Positions 23,247 to 36,030 of a DNA stretch of 64,000 nt are shown here, one piece after another. The notes beneath the pieces are model-generated. The model was not told where the DNA came from. It was given only the letters and a program-made list of their open reading frames with translations, and ran no database searches. Origin of the DNA: Macrostomum lignano. Its lineage: Eukaryota. The stretch is from positions 310,001-374,000 of the forward strand of contig NIVC01000628.1 in the NCBI GenBank assembly GCA_002269645.1, given 5' to 3'. Positions within the stretch are counted from its first letter, which is position 1. The number at the start of each line of letters is the position of its first letter. Position numbers and translations under genes: made by a program.

Positions 23247-26134
23247 AGTCTGTGTCTGTCTGTCTGTCTGTCTGTCTGTCTGCCTGCCTGTCTGCCTGTC
23301 TATCTATCTATCCATCTCCTCCCCCAGAGCCGACCCATTTGACACATTCAAATGCGCCCAGTGCGCGGATCAGTTGGAATCCCGCCAGGCCGTGCTCCGC
23401 CACGTCGCTCTGCACGGTCATGAGCGCTACCAGAAGAAGCGCCCGAAGATGACGGCGCCGCCTGCGGGTGCGGCTGTGGCGGCAGTGCCGAGCGCGCCAT
23501 CCGGGCCCTTTGACTGCGCCGTGTGCGGCCGCGGCCTCCCCGCGGTGTCGGACCTGACAGCGCACGCCGCCCAGACCGGCCATTCGCAGTTCAAAGCCCA
23601 GCGCCGTCTCAGCCGAGGCCAGGAAGCTCTTCCAGCACAGTCGAAGCCGGCCGAGCCGCCGGCTGCAGTCGGAAGCTCGCGGCCTTCCCCAGTGGTGACT
23701 CTGGGCCCGTCCGAGCAGCTGTCCGTGTGCCTGCAGTGCACAGCCTGGACTGCCGGAGTTGTTGCTCAGAATGAGCACGGCAAACGGACTGGCCATTATT
23801 CGTTTCAGACTGTTCAGCACCGGAGCGGCGTCAGCGGCGGGCCGACCTGCTACAAGTGTCTGCTGTGCCACCAGCGAATGAGCACGCCTGGACAGGTGAG
23901 CTTGTGGGCGCAATGATGCGGTCCAGTGTCTTGATTTAATTTAGACACAATGATGCGGTCCAGTTTCAATCTAGCTAGCTACAGACACAATGATGCGGTC
24001 CAATTTCTATCTAGCTAGCTAAAGACACAATGATGCGGTCCAGTTTCAATCTAGCTAGCTACAGACACAATGATGCGGTCCAGTTTCTAAGAACTAGCTA
24101 CAGACACAATGATGCGGTCCAGTTTCTAAGAACTAGCTACAGACACAATGATGCGGTCCAGTTTCAATCTAGCTAGCTACAGACAGAATGATGCGGTCCA
24201 GTTTCTAAGAACTAGCTACAGACACAATGATGCGGTCCAGTTTCAATCTAGCTAGCTACAGACACAATGATGCGGTCCAGTTTCAATCTAGCTAGCTACA
24301 GACACAATGATGCGGTCCGGTTTCAATCTAGCTAGCTACAGACACAATGATGCGGTCCAGTTTCTAAGAACTAGCTACAGACACAATGATGCGGTCCGGT
24401 TTCAATCTAGCTAGCTAAAGACACAATGATGCGGTCCAGTTTCAATTTAGCTAGCTACAGACACAATGATGCGGTCCAGTTTCTATCTAGCTAGCTACAG
24501 ACACAATGATGCGGTCCAGTTTCTAAGAACTAGCTACAGACACAATGATGCGGTCCAGTTTCAATCTAGCTAGCTACAGACAGAATGATGCGGTCCAGTT
24601 TCTAAGAACTAGCTACAGACACAATGATGCGGTCCAGTTTCAATCTAGCTAGCTACAGACACAATGATGCGGTTTAGTTTCAATCTAGCTAGCTACAGAC
24701 ACAATGATGCGGTCCAGTTTCAATCTAGCTAGCTACAGACACAATGATGCGGTCCAGTTTCAATCTAGCTAGCTAAAGACACAATGATGCGGTCCAGTTT
24801 CTAAGAACTAGCTACAGACACAATGATGCGGTCCAGTTTCTAAGAAACAGCTTCAGACACAATGATGCAATCCAGTTTCAATCTAGCTAGCTACAGACAC
24901 AATGATGCGGTCCAGTTTCAATTTAGCTAGCTACAGACACAATGATGCGGTCCAGTTTCAATCTAGCTAGCTAAAGACACAATGATGCGGTCCAGTTTCT
25001 AAGAAAAAGCTTCAGACACAATGATGCCGTCCAGTTTCTAAGAACTAGCTACAGACACAATGATGCGGTCCAGTTTCTGAGAACTAGCTACAGACACAAT
25101 GATGCGGTCCAGTTTCTAAGAAACAACTTCAGACACAATGATGCGGTCCAGTTTCTAAGAACTAGCTACAGACACAATGATGCAGTCCGCATCATCGTAT
25201 CATTCCGCATCATTATCGCTCCCCAATGTCCCCAACCCGGCCGCAGGTGGCCAGCCACATCAGCCGGTTCTCGCACGAGAACTTCGCCAGCCTGGTAGAC
25301 GATTGTTCGCGCCTGGCAGATGGGCCGCCGCCCGGGCAGGAGTTGCCCTACCTGAGAGTCCGGCTCTGCCCAATGCGGCCGGGCGAGTCACACCTGGCTC
25401 TGCTCATCGTAGCCCTAGCCGAAGAGTCCGCCGCAGCCGATATGGCCAGCCGCAGCCTGCAACTGGCCGTTGCTAGGCAGAATCTCGGCCTGCCGTACAG
25501 CGTCAATCTCTGCCGTGTGTGCGGCCTGAGATTCAGCAGCGCCAGCCCGGACGAGCTGCTGGCCCACGCCAGGGCCGCTCATATTGGCGAGCGCGACTTA
25601 ATGGACCGAAAAATCGCCCTGATGACTTTCATAACTGAATCAGCTGACAGTGCTACTGTCGGCAGTAGTGCCTGCCGATCATCTGTGTACCTCACCTGCC
25701 TGCTCTGCCCTACTCGGCTCCGATTCGCTAGCGACCTGCCGCCGCATCTCAACGCGGCGCATCGCCGGCCGTGTCCGCTGTGCCAGAAGCCCATCCTGCT
25801 GCCGGACGGTCAGGCCAGCATGCGCCGGCATCTGCAGACTGTGTGCATCACCCGCTGCTCACTGTGCGACCGCTGTTTCCCTAGCGAAGCCCAGCTGCGC
25901 CGGCATCGCGACGCCGACCATTCGACCACAACGCTGCCGCCGCCTGTCAAACGACGGCGTCGCTCGATTGTCGATTTTGGCGCCGCCGCGACGCAAACGC
26001 GCGACACCGGCGACGACCGTCTGCTGTTGTGCTTCACGTGTGGCGGCGAATTCATCAGCTTGTCGGCGCTGAGGTCGCATCATTCGGAGTGCCGCCGGCG
26101 AGCAGCTGGCAGGTGTACAAATGGAAACTGTTAA
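21907..26134 (+). CDS. Multi-C2H2 zinc-finger protein, copy 1; join(21907..22412,23328..23895,25247..26134), 653 aa
   Basis: About ten CxxC...H..H/C motifs. Splices AG|GTGTCA to CCCCAG|A (phase 2) and CAG|GTGAGC to CGCAG|GTG (phase 0) keep frame and complete the finger [23 protein letters not shown]. Basic patch KRRRRS. Confidence 0.85.
22527..23312. repeat. (CTGT)n microsatellite in zinc-finger gene intron 1
   Basis: Read directly; copy at 38067-38864. Confidence 0.95.
23911..25190. repeat. 39/40-bp minisatellite (GACACAATGATGCGGTCCAGTTTCAATCTAGCTAGCTACA) in zinc-finger intron 2
   Basis: Read directly; copy at 39463-40980 is 238 bp longer. Confidence 0.95.
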
Positions 26135-26143
26135 TCTGGGTTT

Positions 26144-26455
26144 ATGATGCGGTCCAGTTTCTCTTTAAATTATAGACACAATGATGCGGTCCAGTTTCTC
26201 TTTAAATTATAGACACAATGATGCGGTCCAGTTTCTCTTTGAACTATAGACACAATGATGCGGTCCAGTTTCTCTTTGAACTATAGACACAATGATGCGG
26301 TCCAGTTCGTCTTTGAACTATAGACACAATGATGCGGTCCAGTTCGTCTTTGAACTATAGACACAATGATGCGGTCCAGTTTCTCTTTGAACTATAGACA
26401 CAATGATGCGGTCCAGTTTCTCTTTGAACTATAGACACAATGATGCAGTCCAGTA
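26144..26455. repeat. 37-bp minisatellite (GACACAATGATGCGGTCCAGTTTCTCTTTGAACTATA)
   Basis: Read directly; copy at 41934-42245. Confidence 0.93.
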
Positions 26456-26937
26456 TCTGCTAGTTTTAAAAAGAATCATGCTTTTTTCTTTCCTAAGTGC
26501 TTTGTGCGTTCCATTTTCCACAGCTTCCACTGATCATAATTTTGACAAGCTGTCATGGAGAGTTGACGTTTACTTGAAGCAATATTACGAGTAGAAGCAG
26601 TTATTATTTACTATTGTTATACAGCAATTAGTAAAGTACTATTAACTATATCTATATTTTTGTGTCACCTTTTTGAGTCTTACTCTCCATCTCTACTTGA
26701 GCGCAATGCAATAATGGTTTGCTCATTTTATCCGGACCGCGCATGCAAATCTTTCAAGCGGCTTAGTTTTGCTTTTGCATTTTTTTCTGCTGGCTAATAA
26801 AAGTTTATAACTTTTCGGATTGTTGCGGAATATTCTCTAAGTAGTGACTGCATTTTTGCTGTTTGGATAAATTTTATTGAACAAGCAAGAGTTTGCGACT
26901 TTTAATTCTTTGTTCTTTGTCAGTGATAATTGTGTAA

Positions 26938-27520
26938 GTCATGCGGATTGTGTGGGGTCATGCGGATTGTGTGGGGTCATGCGGATTGTGTGGGGTCATG
27001 CGGATTGTGTGGGGTCATGCGAATTGTGTGGGGTCATGCGGATTGTGTGGGTCATGCGGATTGTGTGGGGTCATGTGGATTGTGTGGGGTCATGCGGATT
27101 GTGTGGGGTCATGCGGATTGTGTGGGGTCATGCGGATTGTGTGGGGTCATGCGAATTGTGTGGGGTCATGCAGATTGTGTGGGTCATGCGGATTGTGTGG
27201 GGTCATGTGGATTGTGTGGGGTCATGCGGATTGTGTGGGGTCATGCGGATTGTGAGGGGTCATGCGGATTGTGAGGGGTCATGCGGATTGTGTGGGGTCA
27301 TGCGGATTGTGAGGGGTCATGCGGATTGTGTGGGGTCATGCGGATTGTGTGGGGTCATGCGGATTGTGAGGGGTCATGCGGATTGTGTGCGGTCATGCGG
27401 ATTGTGTGGGGTCATGCGGATTGTGTGGGGTCATGCGGATTGTGTGGGGTCATGCGGATTGTGTGGGGTCATGCGGATTGTGTGGGGTCATGCGGATTGT
27501 GTGGGGTCATGCGGATTGTT
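26938..27520. repeat. 19-bp minisatellite (ATGCGGATTGTGTGGGGTC)
   Basis: Period 19; a shorter copy with a different variant mix lies at 42728-43110. Confidence 0.93.
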
Positions 27521-28142
27521 TGAAGTTCCATTCCGAGGCTTTCAGAGCTCAGCTCAAATAGAAGTCAAAGCTTGAAATATCCTTGGAGCAGATGTTTTCA
27601 CTATAAAATATTTAAAGATTTGCACATCTGCGAGAATTCGGCATCTGGAAATTACTGGAATTGAAAATAAGAGTCAATGAGAAAGCATTTTATTTTTCAT
27701 AATTCTCAAGCTCGAATAACTGATGGCTGCAAGTACTTAAAAAGGACCGAACAGTCTGTCGTTACGAGCGATATAGCAAATAATGCTTGATTTATGATCC
27801 CTTGCACGTCATGCTCTTCTCAATCAGGCGGGGCTGGAATTTAGCTTTAAAATAATCCGTTCGCTCCCCCCGGATAACCCCGGGCTTAATGCGCTGTCGC
27901 GTGCGTGTTGAAAATTCAGTCTCCGGCATGCTGCTGCTGGCGTCATGCTGAGATGTAATAAGTAGCGATGCGCGCATTTCAAAGGCTCTCGCCCAGGCGA
28001 TCGTGTTCCTGAGGTGACCCCGAAGAGATCCCCCTTTCTCAGTCATTTGGATACTGAGACACCGAAACCCTGAACTCTACATGTATGTTTAGGCAGGAAC
28101 TGGAGACTACTGTGGCAGTTATTTGTCTGAAAATAAACCCCG

Positions 28143-29125
28143 ATCCCGATAGCTCCCCCTCCCGATGGCTCCCCCTCCCGATAGCTCCCCCTCCCGATGG
28201 CCCCCCTCCGATGGCTCCCCCTCCCGATGGCTCCCCCTCCCGATAGCTCCCCCTCCCGATGGCCCCCCCTCCCGATGGCTCCCCCTCTCGATGGCTCCCC
28301 CTCCCGATAGCTCCCCCTCCCGATTGCTCCCCCTCCCGATAGCTCCCCCTCCCGATGGCTCCCCCTCTCGATGGCTCCCCCTCCCGATAGCTCCCCCTCC
28401 CGATGGCTCCCCCACTCGATGACTCCCCATCCCGATAGCTCCCACTCCCAATGGCTCCTCCTCCCGATAGCTCCCCCTCCCGATGGCTCCCCCTCCCGAT
28501 AGCTCCCCCTCCCGATGGCTCCCCCTCTCGATGGCTCCCCTCCCGATAGCTCCCCCTCCCGATGGCTCCCCCTCTCGATGGCTCCCCCTCCCGATGGCTC
28601 CCCCTCCCGATAGCTCCCCCTCCCGATGGCTCCCCCTCTCGATGGCTCCCCCTCCCGATAGCTCCCCCTCCCGATGGCTCCCCCTCTCGATGGCCCCCCT
28701 CCCGATAGCTCCCCCTCTCGATGGCTTCCCCTCCCGATAGCTCCCCCTCCCGATAGCTCCCCCTCCCGATAGCTCCCCCTCCCGATGGCTCCCCCTCTCG
28801 ATGGCCCCCCTCCCGATAGCTCCCCCTCTCGATGGCTTCCCCTCCCGATAGCTCCCCCTCCCGATAGCTCCCCCTCCGATAGCTCCCCCTCCCGATAGCT
28901 CCCCCTCTCGATGGCTCCCCTCCCGATAGCTCCCCTCCCGATAGCTCCCCCTCCCGATAGCTCCCCCTCTCGATGGCTCCCCCTCCCGATAGCTCCCCCT
29001 CTCGATGGCTCCCCCTCTCGATGGCTCCCCCTATCGATGGCTCCCCCCTCCCGATGGCTCCCTACCGATGGCTCCCTACCGATGGTTTTCCTCCCGATGG
29101 CTGCCCCCATGGCACCCCTACGATG
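28143..29125. repeat. 16/17-bp C-rich minisatellite (CTCCCGATAGCTCCCC)
   Basis: Read directly; shorter copy at 43590-44015. Confidence 0.93.
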
Positions 29126-29267
29126 GCGCCTTCGGATGGCCTTTCCCAATAGCGTCTCTCACGATGGTGCATTCCGATGGCGCCCCTGCTACTGATCGAG
29201 CCTCGGCCTCGCCAATCAAGAGTCCTGGCTAAGCTCTTGCACCAGGAAAAACCGACAGACCACTGAG

Positions 29268-29650
29268 ACAGATGGACACACTGAGAATAGATGGACACAC
29301 ACTGAGAATAGATGGACACAAACTGAGAATAGATGGACACACACTGAGGATGGAGGGACACACACTGAGGATAGATGGACACACACTGAGAATAGATGGA
29401 CACACACTGAGGATAGATGGACACACACTGAGGATGGAGGGACACACACTGAGGATAGATGGACACACACTGAGAATAGATGGACACACACTGAGGATGG
29501 ATGGACACACACTGAGGATGGAGGGACACACACTGAGGATGGAAGGACACACACTGAGAATAGATGGACACACACTGAGGATAGATGGACACACACTGAG
29601 GATGGACGGACACACACTGAGTATATATCGACACAAACTGAGGATATAAG
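29268..29650. repeat. 21-bp minisatellite (GATGGACACACACTGAGGATA)
   Basis: Read directly; longer copy at 44186-44950. Confidence 0.93.
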
Positions 29651-29931
29651 GACACACTGATCTATAGAAATCTGCTAGTTCAAAAATCCTGTTAATTACA
29701 TGCACGAGTAATGATTAAAACAAAGGCCAATATTTGTAGCGTAGCATCTCATTAAACAGTAAATAAACAGTAAAAGACCACAGTAAACAGCTACCCAGCG
29801 GGGGATGAGAGCAAGCCTAGAACCACTGTCTAGTTACTCAGCTCATACAGTTGAGTCGCCTGTCTTTCTCCGTGACCTTATATTAATTAATTACTCATCA
29901 GGATGAAGAATGTGGTCTTGCAGGACTGCGA

Positions 29932-29996
<65 letters not shown>

Positions 29997-29997
29997 C

Positions 29998-30028
<31 letters not shown>

Positions 30029-30029
30029 C

Positions 30030-30060
<31 letters not shown>

Positions 30061-30069
30061 CACAGACAC

Positions 30070-30107
<38 letters not shown>

Positions 30108-30111
30108 GCTA

Positions 30112-30147
<36 letters not shown>

Positions 30148-30151
30148 GCTA

Positions 30152-30233
<82 letters not shown>
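29932..30233. repeat. (GACA)n microsatellite
   Basis: Read directly; copy at 45217-45590. Confidence 0.95.
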
Positions 30234-30234
<1 letters not shown>

Positions 30235-30799
30235 TCCAGCGGCAGTGCGGACAGCCCGAGCGCAGCATCCGGCCACCTGTCACTCTTTCGGCCAGCCCCT
30301 CCCCAGTCATCCTCCCTTATCTTTTTATCCGCTTCATATTTTCGATAATATTAAAAGCCGAAAAATATTGTCTGCGATGGGCTTGCGGTTTATTTATACA
30401 TTTGACGCTTGGCTGAGGAGTTTCGCAGCGCCGTTAGAGGGATTTTATCTGATTGCAATAAAAAAATCCTCAGTTGTTTCATCCCTGCTGAATGGGAAAA
30501 AAACGCTTTGAAATTTAAAACCAAGCCTGTTGGATCGGAGTAGCGCGTGATTATTTTTTGCGATGAGGGGCTCGGGAAGCTGTGTTTTGCGCTTATTAAA
30601 GAGTGAAAAATAAATATTCTGACTTTTACGCACTGAATGTGCACTTGCTCTTGGGATTACAGGAATATGACAGTTTTAAACAAAAGCCAATATTTTTGTT
30701 AGTTTACGAAGCAATTTGACAGCGATGCAGAATTTGATGGGTTGAAATTTGAGATATTCTACGAGTGTGTGCAGGTTAGGGTTCTGGTAGACTTTCTAG

Positions 30800-31193
30800 C
30801 CCACCAGCTCCTCTCAGTAGAGCCTACCAGCTCCTCTCAGTAGAGCCTATCAGCTCTTCTCAGTAGAGCCCACCAGCTCCCTTCAGTAGAGCCTACCAGC
30901 TCCTTTCAGTAGAGCCTATCAGCTCTTCTCAGTAGAGCCTACCAGCTCCTCTCAGTAGAGCCTACCAGCTCCTCTCAGTAGAGCCTACCAGCTCCCTTCA
31001 GTAGAGCCTACCAGCTCCTTTCAGTAGAGCCTACCAGATCCTCTCAGTAGAGCCTATCAGCTCCCTTCAGTAGAGCCTACCAGCTCCTCTCAGTAGAGCC
31101 TACCAGCTCCCTTCAGTAGAGCCTACCAGCTCCTCTCAGTAGAGCCTATCAGCTCCCTTCAGTAGAGCCTACCAGCTCCTCTCAGTAGAGCCT
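30800..31193. repeat. 23-bp minisatellite (AGTAGAGCCTACCAGCTCCTCTC); contains the right duplication breakpoint
   Basis: Array stops abruptly at the junction; the intact counterpart at 46163-46500 runs on into unique DNA. Confidence 0.93.
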
Positions 31194-31688
31194 CTCAGGT
31201 GTTGAATGTGACAGATTGGTGTTGAATGTGACAGATTGGTATTGAATGTGATAGACTGGTATTGAATGTTACAGATTGATATTGAATGTTACAGATTGTT
31301 ATTGAATGTTACAGATTGGTATTGAATGTGACAGATTAGTATTGAATGTTACAGATTGGTATTGAATGTGACAGATTTGTAGTATTGAATGTGACAGATT
31401 AATAGTATTAAATGTGACAGATTTGTAGTATTGAATGTGACAGATTGGTAGTATTGAATGTGACAGATTAGTATTGAATGTTACAGATTGGTATTGAATA
31501 TGACAGATTTGTAGTATTGAATGTGACAGATTAATAGTATTGAATGTGACAGATTAATAGTATTGAATGTGACAGATTGGTAGTATTGAATGCGACAGAT
31601 TTGTAGTATTGAATGTTACAGATTGGTTGTATTGAATGTGACAAAATGATATTTTAAATGCAAAACATCCAAACGCTCCCAACCGCAG

Positions 31689-34600
31689 GTGAAGGACAAA
31701 ATGATCGCCACACTGAAGAAAGGCAACGGCAGCGAAGGTGGCAACGGTGGCGGCGGCCTCCCAGACGCTGCTGATGCCGCCGTAGGCAGTTCAGTAGCTG
31801 AACTGTCTGCCGAAGTTGACGCCCTTCGACAGGAGCGCGAACTGCTGCGCGAAGAGGCCCAGCGAGCTAAACTAGCCGCCGAAGGCCTTCGCTGCGATGT
31901 TGAAGATCTCGAAGCTCAGATGCAGTCGGAGAGCGAAACCTTTCGCAAGACAATGTCGGGATTGGAGGCTCAGCTGGAGTCTGAGAGGCTGGCCAGGCTG
32001 GCTGCGGAAGAGGAGGCCCAGGTTTGACTTGCTTTACTCTTGTGCTTGTGATTCACTCTGGCATGATTAGCTGTCATGTCACACTAACATGATTAGCTGT
32101 CATGTCACACTAACATGATTAGCTGTCATGTCACACTAACATGATTAGCTGTCATGTCACACTAACATGATTAGCTGTCATGTCACACTAACATGATTAG
32201 CTGTCATGTCACACTAACATGATTAGCTGTCATGTCACACTAACATGATTAGCTGTCATGTCACACTAACATGATTAGCTGTCATGTCACACTAACATGA
32301 TTAGCTGTCATGTCACACTAACATGATTAGCTGTCATGTCACACTAACATGATTAGCTGTCATGTCACACTAACATGATTAGCTGTCATGTCACACTAAC
32401 ATGATTAGCTGTCATGTCACACTAACATGATTAGCTGTCATGTCACACTAACATGATTAGCTGTCATGTCACACTAACATGATTAGCTGTCATGTCACAC
32501 TAACATGATTAGCTGTCATGTCACACTAACATGATTAGCTGTCATGTCACACTAACATGATTAGCTGTCATGTCACACTAACATGATTAGCTGTCGTGTC
32601 ACACTAACATAATTAGCTGTCGTGTCACACTGACATGATTTGCTGTGATGTCACCAACATGATTGGCTGCCATGTTTGCCATGACATGATTGGCTGTGAT
32701 GTCACCAACATGATTGGCTGCCACATTGCCATCACATGATTTGCTGTGATGTCACCAACATGATTGGCTGCCATGTTTGCCATGACATGATTGGCTGTGA
32801 TGTCACCAACATGATTGGCTGCCACATTGCCATGACATGATTTGCTGTGATGTCACCAACATGATTGGCTGCCATGTTTGCCATGACATGATTGGCTATT
32901 CCCCTCCCCACTACAGGCGGCCAGACGCGAGGCCAGCCAGCAGCGGGATCTGTGGCTTCGCGACAAATCCGAGCTCAGCCAACGCCTCGCCCAAGCCGAG
33001 GCCGAGCTTGACGCGCTAAGGCGCCAATCGGCGCCCCAGTTGCTCCGGTCTGGTGCTGGCACTTCTGTCGCATCAGGCGGTCAGGATGGCGGCGAATTAG
33101 AAGCCAGAATTCGATCGCTAACGGAGAGTCTGATCCAGGTGAGCGGTTAGAACTGCAGTAAGGGCTATCTAGGCTCAAACTAGGGCCTGTGGGATGATGT
33201 TGTCGACGATACTACACTATATAATCTGTGACTTCCATTGGTTGGCCAATCGTAATTTAGACTCAAATTAAATACTTTTTTTAACCCCGATACTCCAATC
33301 TGAGCAGAAGCAGACGGCTCTGGAGTCGAGCAACGCCGAGAAGGCCAGTCTCAGACTGATGGTGGAGCAGCTGGAGTCTCGCCTATCCGAACGGACCCAT
33401 CACGCCACGTCGCTTGCCCAGGAGTCGGGCCTGTCGTCCAGATCTTCGCAGGCGCCCCAGTCTGATTATATCCGCATTCACATGCAGGATCCGCCCTATG
33501 CAAGGTTTGTTGGGTGATGCTGCGATCTAAACAGTTGTCCATTGATCTAAGCAGCTGTCTATTATTGATCTAAATAGCAGTCTATTATTGATCTAAACGG
33601 CTGTCTATTATTGATCTAAAAAGCTGTCTATTATTGATCTAAACATCTGTCCATTGATCTGAACAGCTGTCCATTGATCTAAGCAGTTGTCCATTGATCT
33701 AAACAGTTGTCAATTGATCTAAACAGTTGTCCATTGATCTAAACAGCTGTCCATTGATCTAAGCAGTTGTCCATTGATCTAAACATCTGTCCATTGATCT
33801 GAACAGCTGTCCATTGATCTAAGCAGTTGTCCATTGATCTAAACATCTGTCCATTGATCTAAACAGCTTTCCATTGATCTAAACAGTTGTCCATTGATCT
33901 AAACATCTGTCCATTGATCTAAACAGCTGTATATTGATCTAAACATCTGTCCATTGATCTAAACAGCTGTCCATTAATCTAAACATCTTTCCATTGATCT
34001 AAGCAGTTGTCCATTGATCTAAACATCTGTCCATTGATCTAAACATCTGTCCATTGATCTAAACAGCAGTCTATTATTGATCTAAACAGCTGTCTATTAC
34101 TAATCTAACCAGCTGTCTATTATTGATCTAAACATCTGTCCATTGATCTAAACAGTTGTCCATTGATCTAAACATCTGTCCATTGATCTAAACAGCAGTC
34201 TATTATTGATCTAAACGGCTGTCTATTATTGATCTAAACATCTGTCCATTGATCTAAACAGTTGTCCATTGATCTAAACAGTTGTCCATTGATCTAAACA
34301 GCAGTCTATTATTGATCTAAACAGCTTTCCATTGATCTAAACAGTTGTCCATTGATCTAAACATCTGTCCATTGATCTAAACATCTGTCCATTGATCTAA
34401 ACAGCTGTCCATTGATCTAAACAGTTGTCCATTGATCTAAACATCTGTCCATTGATCTAAACACCTGTCCATTGATCTAAACAGCAGTCTATTATTGATC
34501 TAAACAGCTGTCTATTACTAATCTAACCAGCTGTCTATTATTGATCTAAACATCTGTCCATTGATCTAAACAGTTGTCCATTGATCTAAACATCTGTCCA

Positions 34601-36030
34601 TTGATCTAAACAGCTGTCTATTATTGATCTAAACAGCAGTCTATTATTGATCTAAACGGCTGTCTATTATTGATCTAAACAGCTGTCTATTATTGATCTA
34701 AACATCTGTCCATTGATCTAAGCAGTTGTCCATTGATCTAAACATCTGTCCATTGATCTAAACAGCTGTCTATTATTGATCTAAACATCTGTCCATTGAT
34801 CTAAACAGCAGTCTATTATTGATCTAAACAGCTGTCTATTACTAATCTAACCAGCTGTCTATTATTGATCTAAACATCTGTCCATTGATCTAAACAGTTG
34901 TCCATTGATCTAAACATCTGTCCATTGATCTAAACAGCTGTCTATTATTGATCTAAACAGCAGTCTATTATTGATCTAAACGGCTGTCTATTATTGATCT
35001 AAACGGCTGTCTATTATTGATCTAAACATCTGTCCATTGATCTAAGCAGTTGTCCATTGATCTAAACATCTGTCCATTGATCTAAACAGCTGTCTATTAT
35101 TGATCTAAACATCTGTCCATTGATCTAAACAGCAGTCTATTATTGATCTAAACAGCTGTCTATTACTAATCTAACCAGCTGTCTATTATTGATCTAAACA
35201 TCTGTCCATGATCTAAACAGTTGTCCATTGATCTAAACATCTGTCCATTGATCTAAACAGCTGTCTATTATTGATCTAAACAGCAGTCTATTATTGATCT
35301 AAACGGCTGTCTATTATTGATCTAAACATCTGTCCATTGATCTAAAAATCTGTCCATTGATCTAAGCAGTTGTCCATTGATCTAAACAGCAGTCTATTAT
35401 TGATCTAAACAGCAGTCTATTATTGATCTAAACAGCTGTCTATTATTGATCTAAACATCTGTCCATTGATCTAAACAGCTGTCTATTATTGATCTAAACA
35501 TCTGTCCATTGATCTAAACAGCAGTCTATTATTGATCTAAACAGCTGTCTATTACTAATCTAACCAGCTGTCTATTATTGATCTAAACATCTGTCCATTG
35601 ATCTAAACAGCTGTCTATTATTGATCTAAACAGCTGTCTATTATTGATCTAAACAGCAGTCTATTATTGATCTAAACAGCAGTCTATTATTGATCTAAAC
35701 AGCAGTCTATTATTGATCTAAACAGCAGTCTATTATTGATCTAAACAGCATTTTCAACACTCAAAAACATTTGCCAGACACATGAAACGGGCAGTGAACA
35801 CGCTGGACAAGGCCGGAGTTAAACTAGGCGTATTCCTGCGCCGCTATCCAATGGCCCGGATGCTATTTTTAGCTTACATAGGCCTGCTACACCTGTGGGT
35901 ATTGCTGGTGCTGCTCACCTACCAGCCGGAGATGCACCAGCGCGGTTACAATGACGCTTTGCCTCAGCCGCCTGGCGCCCCGGCGCTCGCTTCCGCGGCT
36001 GGCAGCAGCTTGGCTTCAAACTCTAGCTAA
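31689..36030 (+). pseudogene. GOLGA5: 5'-truncated duplicate of GOLGA5 (exons 4-7): join(31689..32021,32917..33138,33308..33504,35778..36030)
   Basis: Exons and splice sites match copy 1; exons 1-3 are absent. In-frame ATG at 31701. Confidence 0.85.

Larger units (their letters stand above)
15747..31193. repeat. Segmental tandem duplication, copy 1 (~15.4 kb)
   Basis: Identical exons and ORFs recur at offsets +15451, +15477, +15540, +15552 and +15790. Confidence 0.95.

Noticed and set aside
29880-29905. CTGATGA on the - strand as a hammerhead core (also at ~45180)
   Set aside because: No stem II closure or properly placed GAAA and stem III.
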